DNA of 56,536 nt from a virus (Duplodnaviria; Caudoviricetes). Numbering within the stretch: position 1 is the first letter of the stretch; each line of letters starts with the position of its first letter. A program made the position numbers and the translations under genes. The stretch covers positions 1 through 56,536 of the IMG/VR virus record IMGVR_UViG_3300036901_000031. The stretch is one strand, 5' to 3'. Below, in pieces: positions 39,381-48,100 of the stretch. The notes beneath the pieces were generated by a model. The model saw nothing but the letters and a program-made list of their open reading frames with translations. It was not told the DNA's origin and searched no databases.

Positions 39381-39449
39381 TCCCCGTAGTCGGAGTTGAA
39401 CCGACCATCCAGCCTTCGCAGGGCCAGCACTAGATCCGCTAGTACGGAG
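39381..39449 (-). tRNA. tRNA-Arg(GCG), short D arm
   Basis: TGGCC-CTGCGAA-GGCTG. Confidence 0.75.
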
Positions 39450-39464
39450 TTATTGAGTGAGAAT

Positions 39465-40136
39465 TTAGCCCTCACTCACGGCTCTGAACATCTGGCTGCT
39501 AACGTCTTCAAAGACAAACGAGTTTTTGTCTCTTGCAAACTCTCCCAAAGTATAGTCCCTAAGGAGGGTGTACTCGTAGGAGTGCTCATCCCCGCCGAGG
39601 ATCAGTTCCCAAATTGCAGGACGCTGTTCCTTAAACTCGGTGAGCATCTTCTGCGCAAACTTTCGTTCGTCCGTGGTCATCGAAGGACCAATGCTTTTTG
39701 ATTCAAGTTCCCCAATCCTTAGGTGAAGGTCCCGATGGGAACCAACACAAATTGGGATCGTACACTTGGACCGAGAAGCATATGCCTGATAGTTCTCAAG
39801 CAGGAGCATCATCCATCGCGGAACGTAATGGTGCCGAGTGATTCTTCCCTCGCACTCAAGTCCATGGATGGAGCAGATTCGACAGACCGGCTCAATTCCA
39901 GCTAGACGGATTCGCTCTTGACGACGAGCCAAAACATGGGCCGGAACTATGCTGCCATCGGATGCTACTCGACAACGATAGAGAACCTGACGCTGGGAGA
40001 GATCTTCGTCAAGAAGATCGTCCAAATCCACGTCTTCAAGGTCTGCAAGAAGCTCAAGTTGAGCCGCAGTAGCCTTGGATCTCTGGTCGAACCAAAGAGT
40101 CTGATCGTTGATATGAAAGGGTCTAGCTCTAGACAT
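39465..40136 (-). CDS. HNH-like zinc-binding protein
   Basis: CRIC...ITRHHYVPR...ICVGSHRDLH. Confidence 0.6.
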   Translation of the reverse strand: MSRARPFHINDQTLWFDQRSKATAAQLELLADLEDVDLDDLLDEDLSQRQVLYRCRVASDGSIVPAHVLARRQERIRLAGIEPVCRICSIHGLECEGRITRHHYVPRWMMLLLENYQAYASRSKCTIPICVGSHRDLHLRIGELESKSIGPSMTTDERKFAQKMLTEFKEQRPAIWELILGGDEHSYEYTLLRDYTLGEFARDKNSFVFEDVSSQMFRAVSEG

Positions 40137-40269
40137 AATTCTTCTCCTCTCATTATATCATGGATATAAGCCGCGAATATTTTGCCCGTTAAACTATTGA
40201 TCTCTTATGGCTACAAGCTGTCTTGCAATCCGGGACCAAGCAGGACTCGAACCTGCAACTTTTGCGAAG

Positions 40270-40341
40270 TAGCGATACGGGGAATCGAACCCCGATTTTT
40301 ACCGTGAGAGGGTAACGTCCTAACCGTTAGACGATATCGCC
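40270..40341 (-). tRNA. tRNA-Glu(CTC)
   Basis: TTACC-CTCTCAC-GGTAA. Confidence 0.9.
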
Positions 40342-40342
40342 T

Positions 40343-40385
40343 TGGTGCGGGCCGGAAACCTCCGTAGGTGGAGGACCGTACCCGC
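40343..40385 (-). ncRNA. minihelix-like hairpin ending in ACCA
   Basis: GCGGGT ACGG TCCTCC ACCTAC GGAGG TTT CCG GCCCGC ACCA. Confidence 0.4.
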
Positions 40386-40404
40386 ATGTACTGCTGCCCG
40401 CAAG

Positions 40405-41853
40405 CTACAATGCCGCCCTCTCACGAATGTCGGCAAACGTTTGATGCCTTGTAATCTTCCCATTCTCAAATACCGTTTCGAGGATATCCTGCTTCACATC
40501 ACGTTGATCATGGGGGCCTCGATAATCGGCAGTAATACCAACTTTCAAACCCTCTTCTAGGGTCCTATACGAAACCTCGCCGTGCTCACCAACGAAACGA
40601 CTAAGCTGAAGACGACCCGCCTTGCTCTTCTTTGAAGAGTCGAGAGGATTCTTCGAGACATCATGCCAAATTCCATCGCGCTCTTGAGCCGAGCACTTGA
40701 AGGCAAATCTCTGGGTGTCGCGGTTGACCTTCTGGAGAAGACCACCGCCCATTCCAAAGACCATATTCTCTGCCGAGTATCCAGCAAGCTGAAGACGACC
40801 GAGAATGTTTGCAATGCCGTGAGGATCGATCCCATCGCCCCAGAGGACCCTTACATGGGGGTCTAGGACCTTGAAACCCTTAGAGTTAGTGGTTGTCCCA
40901 AACGCCTCCCCAAGACTCGTTACAATCCACTCCGTAAGAGTCTCAGGAGTAGGATGCTGAGGGGTTGTCGAATCGGGACGGACCACAAAGACCCCATCTC
41001 GCTCTAGGATCTCGGTTCTCAACCATGTGTCGTTTGAGATTTCCTCTACGAATCGATAGATGTTGTAAGAATCAGCAACCACCGAAAGGATTCCCGTAGG
41101 ATGATCTTGGAGTAGCTGATGCACAATTGAGTATTCTCCCTCGCTACCGAGAGCCGTCATTACTGAGTGCTCTGTAGCAGGAACCGAGAATGCAAGACTC
41201 TCATAGTCCGCATCGTAGGTTTCGTGTGCCAGCAACATAGCCGGAAGTGTATCCGTCCCCATGAAGTTGACTAGATGGGCTGCTCCACCGATAGCTGCTG
41301 TCTCGTCACTTGAAGCTCCGCGATAACCAAAGTCGTGAAGCATGAACGGAAGAGAGTCCTGCGAATCTGCTGTATTCGTCAAGAACTGGGCGATTGTCTC
41401 TTTGACCGCTCGACTGACGGTAGCAACCGTTGACGGGTACCAAACGTGAGTCAACAGGGACTCAACGAAGTTGGTCAACCAGTAACACTTAGGATCGGTG
41501 TTCTCGACCGTCATTAGGGCATTCCCCGTAGGAATGACAGAACCCTCAGGAACAGCCTTAATACGGAGTGGAAGCATTCCGACGTGCGCTTGATAGATGT
41601 ACTCCCAACCCTTCCGGTTGAAAAGTTCATCGTTACCGAAGTGAATCGCAGCAAGTTCGCTGGCCTCTTCGATATCGGCGTATCTTATCGGCGTTGCTAG
41701 CTTCTCCAGGATCTTCTGCAATCCGAAAAACACCGTGTAGGGATATGTTGCCCCCTCTCGGCTTTCAAAATATGAGTAAACTCCTGTCGTCCCTTTCGGG
41801 TACTGGTTCCAGTGAGTTAGCTTGTATGAGTCTGTACTGAGAATTGTATTCAT
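40405..41853 (-). CDS. nadV: nicotinamide phosphoribosyltransferase
   Basis: TDSYKLTH, LHDFGYRG, GTDT, SVPATEHS, VADSY, VRPDS, GMGGGLLQKVNRDT. Confidence 0.95.
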   Translation of the reverse strand: MNTILSTDSYKLTHWNQYPKGTTGVYSYFESREGATYPYTVFFGLQKILEKLATPIRYADIEEASELAAIHFGNDELFNRKGWEYIYQAHVGMLPLRIKAVPEGSVIPTGNALMTVENTDPKCYWLTNFVESLLTHVWYPSTVATVSRAVKETIAQFLTNTADSQDSLPFMLHDFGYRGASSDETAAIGGAAHLVNFMGTDTLPAMLLAHETYDADYESLAFSVPATEHSVMTALGSEGEYSIVHQLLQDHPTGILSVVADSYNIYRFVEEISNDTWLRTEILERDGVFVVRPDSTTPQHPTPETLTEWIVTSLGEAFGTTTNSKGFKVLDPHVRVLWGDGIDPHGIANILGRLQLAGYSAENMVFGMGGGLLQKVNRDTQRFAFKCSAQERDGIWHDVSKNPLDSSKKSKAGRLQLSRFVGEHGEVSYRTLEEGLKVGITADYRGPHDQRDVKQDILETVFENGKITRHQTFADIRERAAL

Positions 41854-41898
41854 GACCTTATCCTTGTATAGGCGTTGAATGTTTCTTTGTATTATACG

Positions 41899-42804
41899 CT
41901 ACTTGGTCCACCAACGTCGTTCCAGAACTTGTTCGAGGAGAATCTTGTGATTCTCCACGACCTGATCCTTTAGACGCGGCTCTAGTTCGAACCACCTGAC
42001 CTCAGCAATATCGTCCGCCGCCTTGGGGTGACCATACATATGGAACGCCTCAAAGAGGAGTGTCTTGATTGCCCGATCTGGCTCATTTCGATAGCGCCAA
42101 TCATCGATCAGAAAGCTGCCGATGTAGACCGGATCAGTGACTTCGATATTGGCCTCTTCCATTACCTCTCTACGAGCATCTGCCTCGTAGCTAGGAGAAC
42201 CAGGATCAGCGAATCCCCCGATCAAGCGGAACTTCTTCTCATTCGGCTTGCGCCCAAGAAGAATCTTTGTCTTCCCGCCATTGAGAATTGCAACGTCAAC
42301 TGTTGGGAAACACTGAGGAAATTGGCTAAATGCCGACCACACTACCCCGGCTCGGAAATCCGGGGTTCCCCGAACGCTTGTACGAGAAACCTCTTTGCGG
42401 ATTTCGCTCCCCGAGACATAAACCGATGACTCAAGTTCTTCTGTCGGATGCCTGCCGCTGTAATGCGAGATGAATGAGTCCCGTCCTCCATATAGGCGGA
42501 CCGACTGAGAGGGAGTAATGACATCCTCGATTTGCTTATCGAGATTCAAACTCCACCCCTCATCATCCGGCTGATCCTTGATGTAGAGCACGTTCACATT
42601 TGGAAACCGGGCTAGAATCATCTGCTTGCGGGCTTCGAAGTCCAGAGGATTCTCCCGCGTCACCATCAACGGCGACAAGCCAAGGAAGATGATTACCTTC
42701 CCGTGGCGATCACAAACAGTCTGAATAAGCTCTAGATGAGCATCGTGCAACTCTGGGACTTGAAAGCGCCCTACAATGACGCCAACATCTTCATTGATTT
42801 TCAT
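41899..42804 (-). CDS. nadM: bifunctional NMN adenylyltransferase / Nudix ADP-ribose pyrophosphatase
   Basis: VGRFQVPELHDAH, NPL, SGSEIR; Nudix box GGF..E.DARREVMEE. Confidence 0.9.
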   Translation of the reverse strand: MKINEDVGVIVGRFQVPELHDAHLELIQTVCDRHGKVIIFLGLSPLMVTRENPLDFEARKQMILARFPNVNVLYIKDQPDDEGWSLNLDKQIEDVITPSQSVRLYGGRDSFISHYSGRHPTEELESSVYVSGSEIRKEVSRTSVRGTPDFRAGVVWSAFSQFPQCFPTVDVAILNGGKTKILLGRKPNEKKFRLIGGFADPGSPSYEADARREVMEEANIEVTDPVYIGSFLIDDWRYRNEPDRAIKTLLFEAFHMYGHPKAADDIAEVRWFELEPRLKDQVVENHKILLEQVLERRWWTK

Positions 42805-42849
42805 TTTGTTCCTTTCAATTCCATCGATAACGAATTGTATGAACTACAG

Positions 42850-42921
42850 TACCCCCGGTGGGAGTCGAACCCACAACATTCGCCTTAAAAGGGCGCTACT
42901 TTGCCTTTCAGTTTCGGAGGC
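42850..42921 (-). tRNA. tRNA-Lys(TTT)
   Basis: Loop CTTTTAA. Confidence 0.85.
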
Positions 42922-42992
42922 AGGTACTAATAGCTTCTATGATCTCACCTGGACACGCAGGGTGTGTCGATCTTCAATAACCTTCCCGCAAG

Positions 42993-43066
42993 TACTCCAT
43001 CTTGGACTCGAACCAAGGACACGCAGCGTATAAGACTGCTGCTCTTACCGACTGAGCTAATGGAGC
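42993..43066 (-). tRNA. tRNA-Ile(TAT)
   Basis: GCAGT-CTTATAC-GCTGC; canonical D and T arms. Confidence 0.85.
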
Positions 43067-43235
43067 AAGACAAATAATCGGCTGTCAATAGCCACGAGTG
43101 GCGAACCTCGCGTTTGGGCCTGACATTTTGGCCTGGGCCGACCGTGCCACAGTCTAGATCCAGTTTGCCCGGTGCGTACAACCAATGCCGCTAAGCAGGT
43201 TGAAGTGGTCCGGTTACCGACTATAAGATTTTCAA

Positions 43236-43311
43236 GGGTGTATGACCGGATTCGAACCGGCATTGACTACCTTCACAGGGTAGGGCATTGACCAATTATG
43301 CTACACACACC
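43236..43311 (-). tRNA. tRNA-His(GTG)
   Basis: CTACC-CTGTGAA-GGTAG; G-1 present. Confidence 0.9.
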
Positions 43312-43600
43312 ATGATGTGCTCGCGTATATACCAAAACGCGCGTGGGCGATATCGCATATACACTAGAGCACGGATACTATACCAGAGGACGCTTGTTAT
43401 CGTACAATCGTCAAACGCTCGACCACCAAGCTGCCAGGTGGTACCTACCGAGTCAACCGCTACCGAGTCGCCACTGGATACGCTCAACCCCTGCTCTCGG
43501 CCAATATCGCGTTCATCCCGACATTCTCATCCACAGCCACTTGCTAGGCGACTGCCTCTACCGTAAAACAACCTCTACCGTTATGTAAATTAGTAGAAAG

Positions 43601-43684
43601 TAGCGGTGGAGGGACTCGAACCCTCAATCTCTCACGAGCGGAGGTTTTTAAGACCGCCGTGTATACCAATTCCACCACACCGCC
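43601..43684 (-). tRNA. tRNA-Leu(TAA)
   Basis: Loop CTTAAAA; long variable arm. Confidence 0.9.
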
Positions 43685-43689
43685 AGATA

Positions 43690-44187
43690 ATGACCAAATC
43701 AAGAAAATATAAAGATTCTGATCTAATCGGTGCTGTTGAAACTTCAGTTTCAATCCGACAAGTCCTAAATCAATTAGGTCTAAAACCCGCTGGAGGCAAC
43801 TATACCACAATCAAAAATCGTGTACGGGAGCTAAGTCTAAATACCTCACACTGGAAGGGCCAAGCTTGGAATAAGGGTCTGAGCGTTTCGTCCTACACTA
43901 AACGTGATCTCAAGGATATTTTAGTTGAAAACAGTCCTCATAAGCAAAGTCATAGCCTAAAAATTCGCCTTCTTAAGGAGGGCATATTACAAGCCATATG
44001 CGACGAGTGTACCATCATCAATTGGCAAGACAAGCCCCTATCATTTCACCTTGAACATATTAACGGAATTCATGATGATAATCGTCTTGATAACCTACGA
44101 CTTTTGTGCCCTAATTGTCACTCCCAAACCCCAACCTATTGCGGAAAGAACATCGGCAAAAGCCGAATCCCTCTGCCATTGGGGTAG
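43690..44187 (+). CDS. free-standing HNH homing endonuclease
   Basis: Start MTKSRKY; CDEC, HLEHINGIHDDNRLDNLRLLCPNCHSQT. Confidence 0.9.
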   Translation: MTKSRKYKDSDLIGAVETSVSIRQVLNQLGLKPAGGNYTTIKNRVRELSLNTSHWKGQAWNKGLSVSSYTKRDLKDILVENSPHKQSHSLKIRLLKEGILQAICDECTIINWQDKPLSFHLEHINGIHDDNRLDNLRLLCPNCHSQTPTYCGKNIGKSRIPLPLG

Positions 44188-44268
44188 TCCTACAAACTCG
44201 TTCTTCTTGACTGTTTCAAATTCCATAACTACAGTATATCATACCCGTCCGATTGTTGGCGGTTGTCG

Positions 44269-44616
44269 TCAATACCCCAAAGCTTCTTCAATGAATTTCC
44301 AATCATCCTCAGTTCCATATGCTATGGGATCTTCTTCGCCAGAGGCATCACGAGCCATCACAATGATGAAATCGTGGGGGTAATCAAGACTGTAATCCGC
44401 CATCTCTTGAGTAATATTTCCTCGTTCTACATGCTTTTTTAGGGCATGACGTGCCCCACGCTCTGTCGTCGGGATAATCACAACTGGACCAGTTTGATAA
44501 ACCATCGCTACTCGTTCGTGACGAAAATCCTCGCCGGTAATTCCAGCATTTTTCATGAGAGTAATAAGATCTTCTCTTTCCTTATCGGATAACGCATATT
44601 GCTTTACTATACCCAT
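44269..44616 (-). CDS. hypothetical protein
   Basis: 115-aa ORF within the tRNA island. Confidence 0.55.
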   Translation of the reverse strand: MGIVKQYALSDKEREDLITLMKNAGITGEDFRHERVAMVYQTGPVVIIPTTERGARHALKKHVERGNITQEMADYSLDYPHDFIIVMARDASGEEDPIAYGTEDDWKFIEEALGY

Positions 44617-44737
44617 TTTTAACTCACTTTATAGAAATTTTGAGCGATCTAGGCTTCCAGTTATTCATTGGCTTGGGAAGCTCCACGAAATGCCAATCAA
44701 GATGTTCCCGCGTCAATCGCTCTGGGGAACCCACGAG

Positions 44738-44812
44738 TTGCAGAGGTAGGAATCGAACCCACGGCTTCCTGGTTCAAAGCCAGGCGAACATGCCAGCATA
44801 TTCTACTCTGCA
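44738..44812 (-). tRNA. tRNA-Gln(TTG)
   Basis: CCTGG-CTTTGAA-CCAGG. Confidence 0.85.
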
Positions 44813-44910
44813 ATAGCCCCGACTCACACGGGAAATCGAATGCATAGTTGAATCCACATTCCATACACGGCTCATCCGTGCTTGGTCATCCTCGATGACG
44901 ATGTATTAAG

Positions 44911-44982
44911 CTGCGGAAGTAGGATTCGAACCTACATCAGACGGCTTCAGAGGCCGCTATCTTGCCATTAGACCACTCCGCA
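44911..44982 (-). tRNA. tRNA-Gln(CTG)
   Basis: GCGGC-CTCTGAA-GCCGT. Confidence 0.9.
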
Positions 44983-45044
44983 TTGTTTACCTCAAAATCC
45001 AAATGTCGGAGTTTGACTATAACAATTGGGACACAAAAACCGCA

Positions 45045-45116
45045 AATCGGGACTGAGAATCGAACTCAGGAGACAGACCTTATGAAAGTCTGCGGGATAC
45101 CAACATCCTTCCCGAA
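45045..45116 (-). tRNA. tRNA-Met/Ile2 (CAT)
   Basis: AGACT-TTCATAA-GGTCT. Confidence 0.75.
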
Positions 45117-45120
45117 CAAG

Positions 45121-45190
45121 GAGCGGACCCGGACTCGAACCGGAACGGGAGGTTATGAGTCTCCAATGATACCAATTTCACTAATCCGCA
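45121..45190 (-). tRNA. tRNA-Met(CAT), possibly initiator-like (1:72 mismatch)
   Basis: Loop CTCATAA. Confidence 0.75.
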
Positions 45191-45212
45191 CATACACTTA
45201 CAATAATTTTGA

Positions 45213-45296
45213 TACCCCTCACCAGATTCGAACTGGTACGCTCTTCCAAGCAACGGGACTTGAATCCGTCGAGTCTGCCTATTTCTCCAGAGGGGC
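45213..45296 (-). tRNA. tRNA-Leu(CAA)
   Basis: Loop TTCAAGT; long variable arm. Confidence 0.85.
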
Positions 45297-45409
45297 GAAT
45301 ATTTTTACCACAATAGGTATCTGTTTGGGAATGACAATTTGGGGCAAAGGCAAGTAACACCTTTGTTTATATGGTCTAAAACCATCCTAGCAGAGTGACA
45401 ACTGCTTAG

Positions 45410-45481
45410 TAGCTCGACGGGGAATCGAACCCCGCCTACAAGGGTGAAAACCTTGCGTTCTAGCCGCTAAACTATCGAGCC
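45410..45481 (-). tRNA. tRNA-Glu(TTC)
   Basis: CAAGG-TTTTCAC-CCTTG. Confidence 0.9.
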
Positions 45482-45577
45482 AGATATACTTCGGAACTTC
45501 AAATTTCGTGCAACACCCTAACCACCTGAACGTGGCCCGCCTTTCAAGGTCGAGCCGTAGTCTCAGATGTTACACAA

Positions 45578-45649
45578 TCGGAATACTGGGAATCGAACCC
45601 AGACGACCACCGTATCAGAGTGGCAGGCTAACCATTACATCATACTCCA
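45578..45649 (-). tRNA. tRNA-Ile(GAT)
   Basis: CCACT-CTGATAC-GGTGG. Confidence 0.85.
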
Positions 45650-45650
45650 G

Positions 45651-45723
45651 TGGAGCCGTTAGAAGGATTCGGACCTTCAACTCCCCGCTCATTGGCCGGG
45701 CGTTTTACTTAAACTATATCGGC
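45651..45723 (-). ncRNA. degenerate tRNA-like RNA with encoded CCA
   Basis: GCCG..CGGC TCCA; T loop GTCCGAAT; irregular anticodon arm. Confidence 0.5.
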
Positions 45724-45728
45724 ATGTG

Positions 45729-45798
45729 TTCCGCAAGAGGATCTGAGTCTCTACCTCCGACATTATGGGCCGGAATGCTTCAATTACACCATACGGAA
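45729..45798 (-). ncRNA. degenerate tRNA-like RNA
   Basis: TTCCGTA/TGCGGAA acceptor; TCCGGC-CCATAAT-GTCGGA; no TTC in the T loop. Confidence 0.45.
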
Positions 45799-45799
45799 G

Positions 45800-45871
45800 T
45801 GGCGATTCTCGGAATCGAACCGAGTGCGCGCACGGCTTCAACGTGCCGCTCTACCATTGAGCTAAATCGCC
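45800..45871 (-). tRNA. tRNA-Phe(GAA)
   Basis: GCACG-TTGAAGC-CGTGC. Confidence 0.9.
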
Positions 45872-45892
45872 AGAACTACCTATACAACATAG

Positions 45893-45975
45893 CGGAAGAC
45901 AAGGGATTTGAACCCTCAACGGTTATCCCGCAACTGCTTTCGAAGCAGCTTCCTCAACCAGTTCGGATATCTTCC
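45893..45975 (-). tRNA. tRNA-Ser(CGA)
   Basis: Loop TTCGAAA; long variable arm. Confidence 0.85.
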
Positions 45976-46207
45976 TTACCTTCTAGTGGTCCATTGGGCC
46001 TTGAGAATGCTCTCAATCCAGGCATCCCAAACAGAAAGCTGCTTAGGGTTATTTTGCGAGGATGACATTGCCCAATGGCCTTGGATCATCTATCTGAATA
46101 CTTGTTAAAACTGCTATTTTCTTTATCTTCTGCATACTATTTATAGTAGTCATTTTAGTGATTTTATATTTGTACATATGTACAAGATTTGGAGGCCACA
46201 AACCTCA

Positions 46208-46292
46208 CGGATAGAACAGGAGTCGAACCTGCAAGGCTGTTATGCTCGCTTCCTTTCCAGGGAAGTCCCGTCACCAATCGGGTTGCCTATCC
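46208..46292 (-). tRNA. tRNA-Ser(GGA)
   Basis: CTTCC-CTGGAAA-GGAAG. Confidence 0.88.
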
Positions 46293-46769
46293 TTTAACCT
46301 CAAAGTCATACTTCATCGGCAAATTAAGTCGATACTTCTTTCCTAGACGATTTAGATGACCAAAAGCAGCCACAGTGTTGTATGTGATCTGAAGATCAAC
46401 CGGACGAGGAAGATCCTTATAGGTTTTAAAGCCTTCGAACGAAGCCTGAACATGAGGATCGTCCTTATCGACAATCTCGATGCCGAGAGCCGTGTAGGAA
46501 TATGGCTTGATCTCGGTGCGGCCTTCATCAATGATGATAGCTGTCTTGAATCCTCGTTCTTTAAGATAGCGCTCAATCACCAGGAGTTGGTCCGCATCCT
46601 CGGCTAGCATAACTAGCTTTGTGTAGTGCTTTCCGTACTCCCAGTGGTCGATCATCTTGGTAGATGAAACCTTATATGCTTCAACAGCAGCATGGGCTAC
46701 CTGAGCAGCCGATTTTCCTGTTGACATCCCCAAATCTCGATTTAGGAACAAATACATGGCAGGTCGCAT
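46287..46769 (-). CDS. pth2: peptidyl-tRNA hydrolase, Pth2 family
   Basis: RDLGMSTGKSAAQVAHA, KLV, IDEGRTEI..TALG. Confidence 0.9.
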   Translation of the reverse strand: MRPAMYLFLNRDLGMSTGKSAAQVAHAAVEAYKVSSTKMIDHWEYGKHYTKLVMLAEDADQLLVIERYLKERGFKTAIIIDEGRTEIKPYSYTALGIEIVDKDDPHVQASFEGFKTYKDLPRPVDLQITYNTVAAFGHLNRLGKKYRLNLPMKYDFEVKG

Positions 46770-46778
46770 AACTCTCCT

Positions 46779-46964
46779 TTATGAATCAAGTTTTGAATAA
46801 ACTCCTAGCACGTCGAATAGTTTATCTACGGCCCAAGCCAGTAGTCCCAATACGACCCAGATCTTCCACGCAGCACCCAAAATAAGTGCAGGAGCAAGAA
46901 GGGTATACAGAGCAAATGCTAGAAAAACGACCGCCGCAACGATCAGGATTTTCTTTAGTATCAT
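46779..46964 (-). CDS. small membrane protein
   Basis: Two hydrophobic segments. Confidence 0.5.
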   Translation of the reverse strand: MILKKILIVAAVVFLAFALYTLLAPALILGAAWKIWVVLGLLAWAVDKLFDVLGVYSKLDS

Positions 46965-47016
46965 GTGTTCCTTTGTGTTTCAACGACTATTTGTTTATTC
47001 ATTTATTCGTTAAAAG

Positions 47017-47097
47017 CGGAAGGCCAGGGAATCGAACCCAGTACGGTTTTACCCGCGACGGCTTTCAAGACCGTTTGCCACCATTTGCCTACCTTCC
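47017..47097 (-). tRNA. tRNA-Ser(TGA)
   Basis: Loop CTTGAAA; long variable arm. Confidence 0.88.
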
Positions 47098-47140
47098 AAA
47101 GCGGATCGTAGCCCCATTTCAGGTCCGCTACGATCCTAAG

Positions 47141-47212
47141 AGGCAATGACTGGATTCGAACCAGCATTGAAACGCTTTGCAGGCGCACACGTAACCGTTC
47201 CGTCACATTGCC
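47141..47212 (-). tRNA. tRNA-Cys(GCA)
   Basis: Loop CTGCAAA; U73. Confidence 0.85.
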
Positions 47213-47483
47213 TTGGTCACAGCCGACACCTTCCGATGCCGACCGTGAGAGTGAAATAGGGATTGCCTACCCTAAACTTCCGCCCAATATCGGTTTATGA
47301 TATTACAGAAGTACCTTTTGTTAGCTGCTAAGCACACCTGCCATCCGCTGCTAACGGACGCCACTAACTTTCTCAGGGACTTCCCCGTTGATGCGTTAGC
47401 TTAGCGATGCCAAAATTGCCTTATCCCCTACTGGGTAAGAGATTATTCAGCCATTTCTAGGTATGACCGTCGCCACACCATAG

Positions 47484-47555
47484 CTCCTGAGACTGGATTC
47501 GAACCAGTATGTCATGCCTTAACAGGGCACCGAATTGCCTATCTCCCACTCAGGA
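47484..47555 (-). tRNA. tRNA-Asn(GTT)
   Basis: GTGCC-CTGTTAA-GGCAT. Confidence 0.85.
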
Positions 47556-47697
47556 AAGTGGTACTACAAGATCCTATGTGAGAACCATAGGATAAATAAA
47601 CGTAGGCTCGGATATCCACGATCCCTAGTGATCTTCAATGTCACCGGAATGACCGGGCTATAGAGAAGTTATATTAGTCTCGTCTTCTACCTACGAG

Positions 47698-47780
47698 CGG
47701 AATACACGGGACTCGAACCCGCAGGGCTGTTACACCGTAAGAGTTTAGCAAACTCTCTGCTTTCCATTCGCATATATTCC
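47698..47780 (-). tRNA. tRNA-Ser(GCT)
   Basis: AGAGT-TTGCTAA-ACTCT. Confidence 0.88.
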
Positions 47781-47783
47781 AAA

Positions 47784-47855
47784 CGTCCCTAGTGGGAATC
47801 GAACCCACAATCGCGCTTTAGGAAAGCGCTGCCTTATCCATCTGGCCCTAGAGAC
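47784..47855 (-). tRNA. tRNA-Arg(CCT)
   Basis: GCGCT-TTCCTAA-AGCGC. Confidence 0.88.
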
Positions 47856-47903
47856 TTAAAACCTCCGCACCCACCCGAGAGCTACAAACTCACTTGGAGA
47901 TTA

Positions 47904-47996
47904 ATGAAGTAACAGGATTCGAACCTGTACCCGTATGCCTACGGTTATCCGTGCGGGAATATAGGTGCCAACCCTCGAATGATATTCCTCACTTCA
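47904..47996 (-). ncRNA. atypical tRNA-like RNA
   Basis: Acceptor TGAAGTG/TACTTCA and perfect T arm, but D and anticodon arms replaced by GGAATAT..ATATTCC and CCGTAGGCATACGG hairpins. Confidence 0.5.
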
Positions 47997-47998
47997 AG

Positions 47999-48067
47999 TG
48001 GTAAGTCTAGAATCGAACTAGAATCTCTGGCGTTTACCAGCGAGGTTTCCAAAATCTCTTCATTACC
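47999..48067 (-). ncRNA. tRNA-like RNA with shortened anticodon loop
   Basis: CTGG-TAAACG-CCAG; T arm TCTAG TTCGATT CTAGA. Confidence 0.5.
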
Positions 48068-48100
48068 TCTCCAGTACCCATGCATTGGTGTTGGAGTTAG

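Noticed and set aside
43606-43689. 5' extension of the HNH ORF
   Set aside because: It is antisense to tRNA-Leu(TAA); the real start is likely the ATG at 43690
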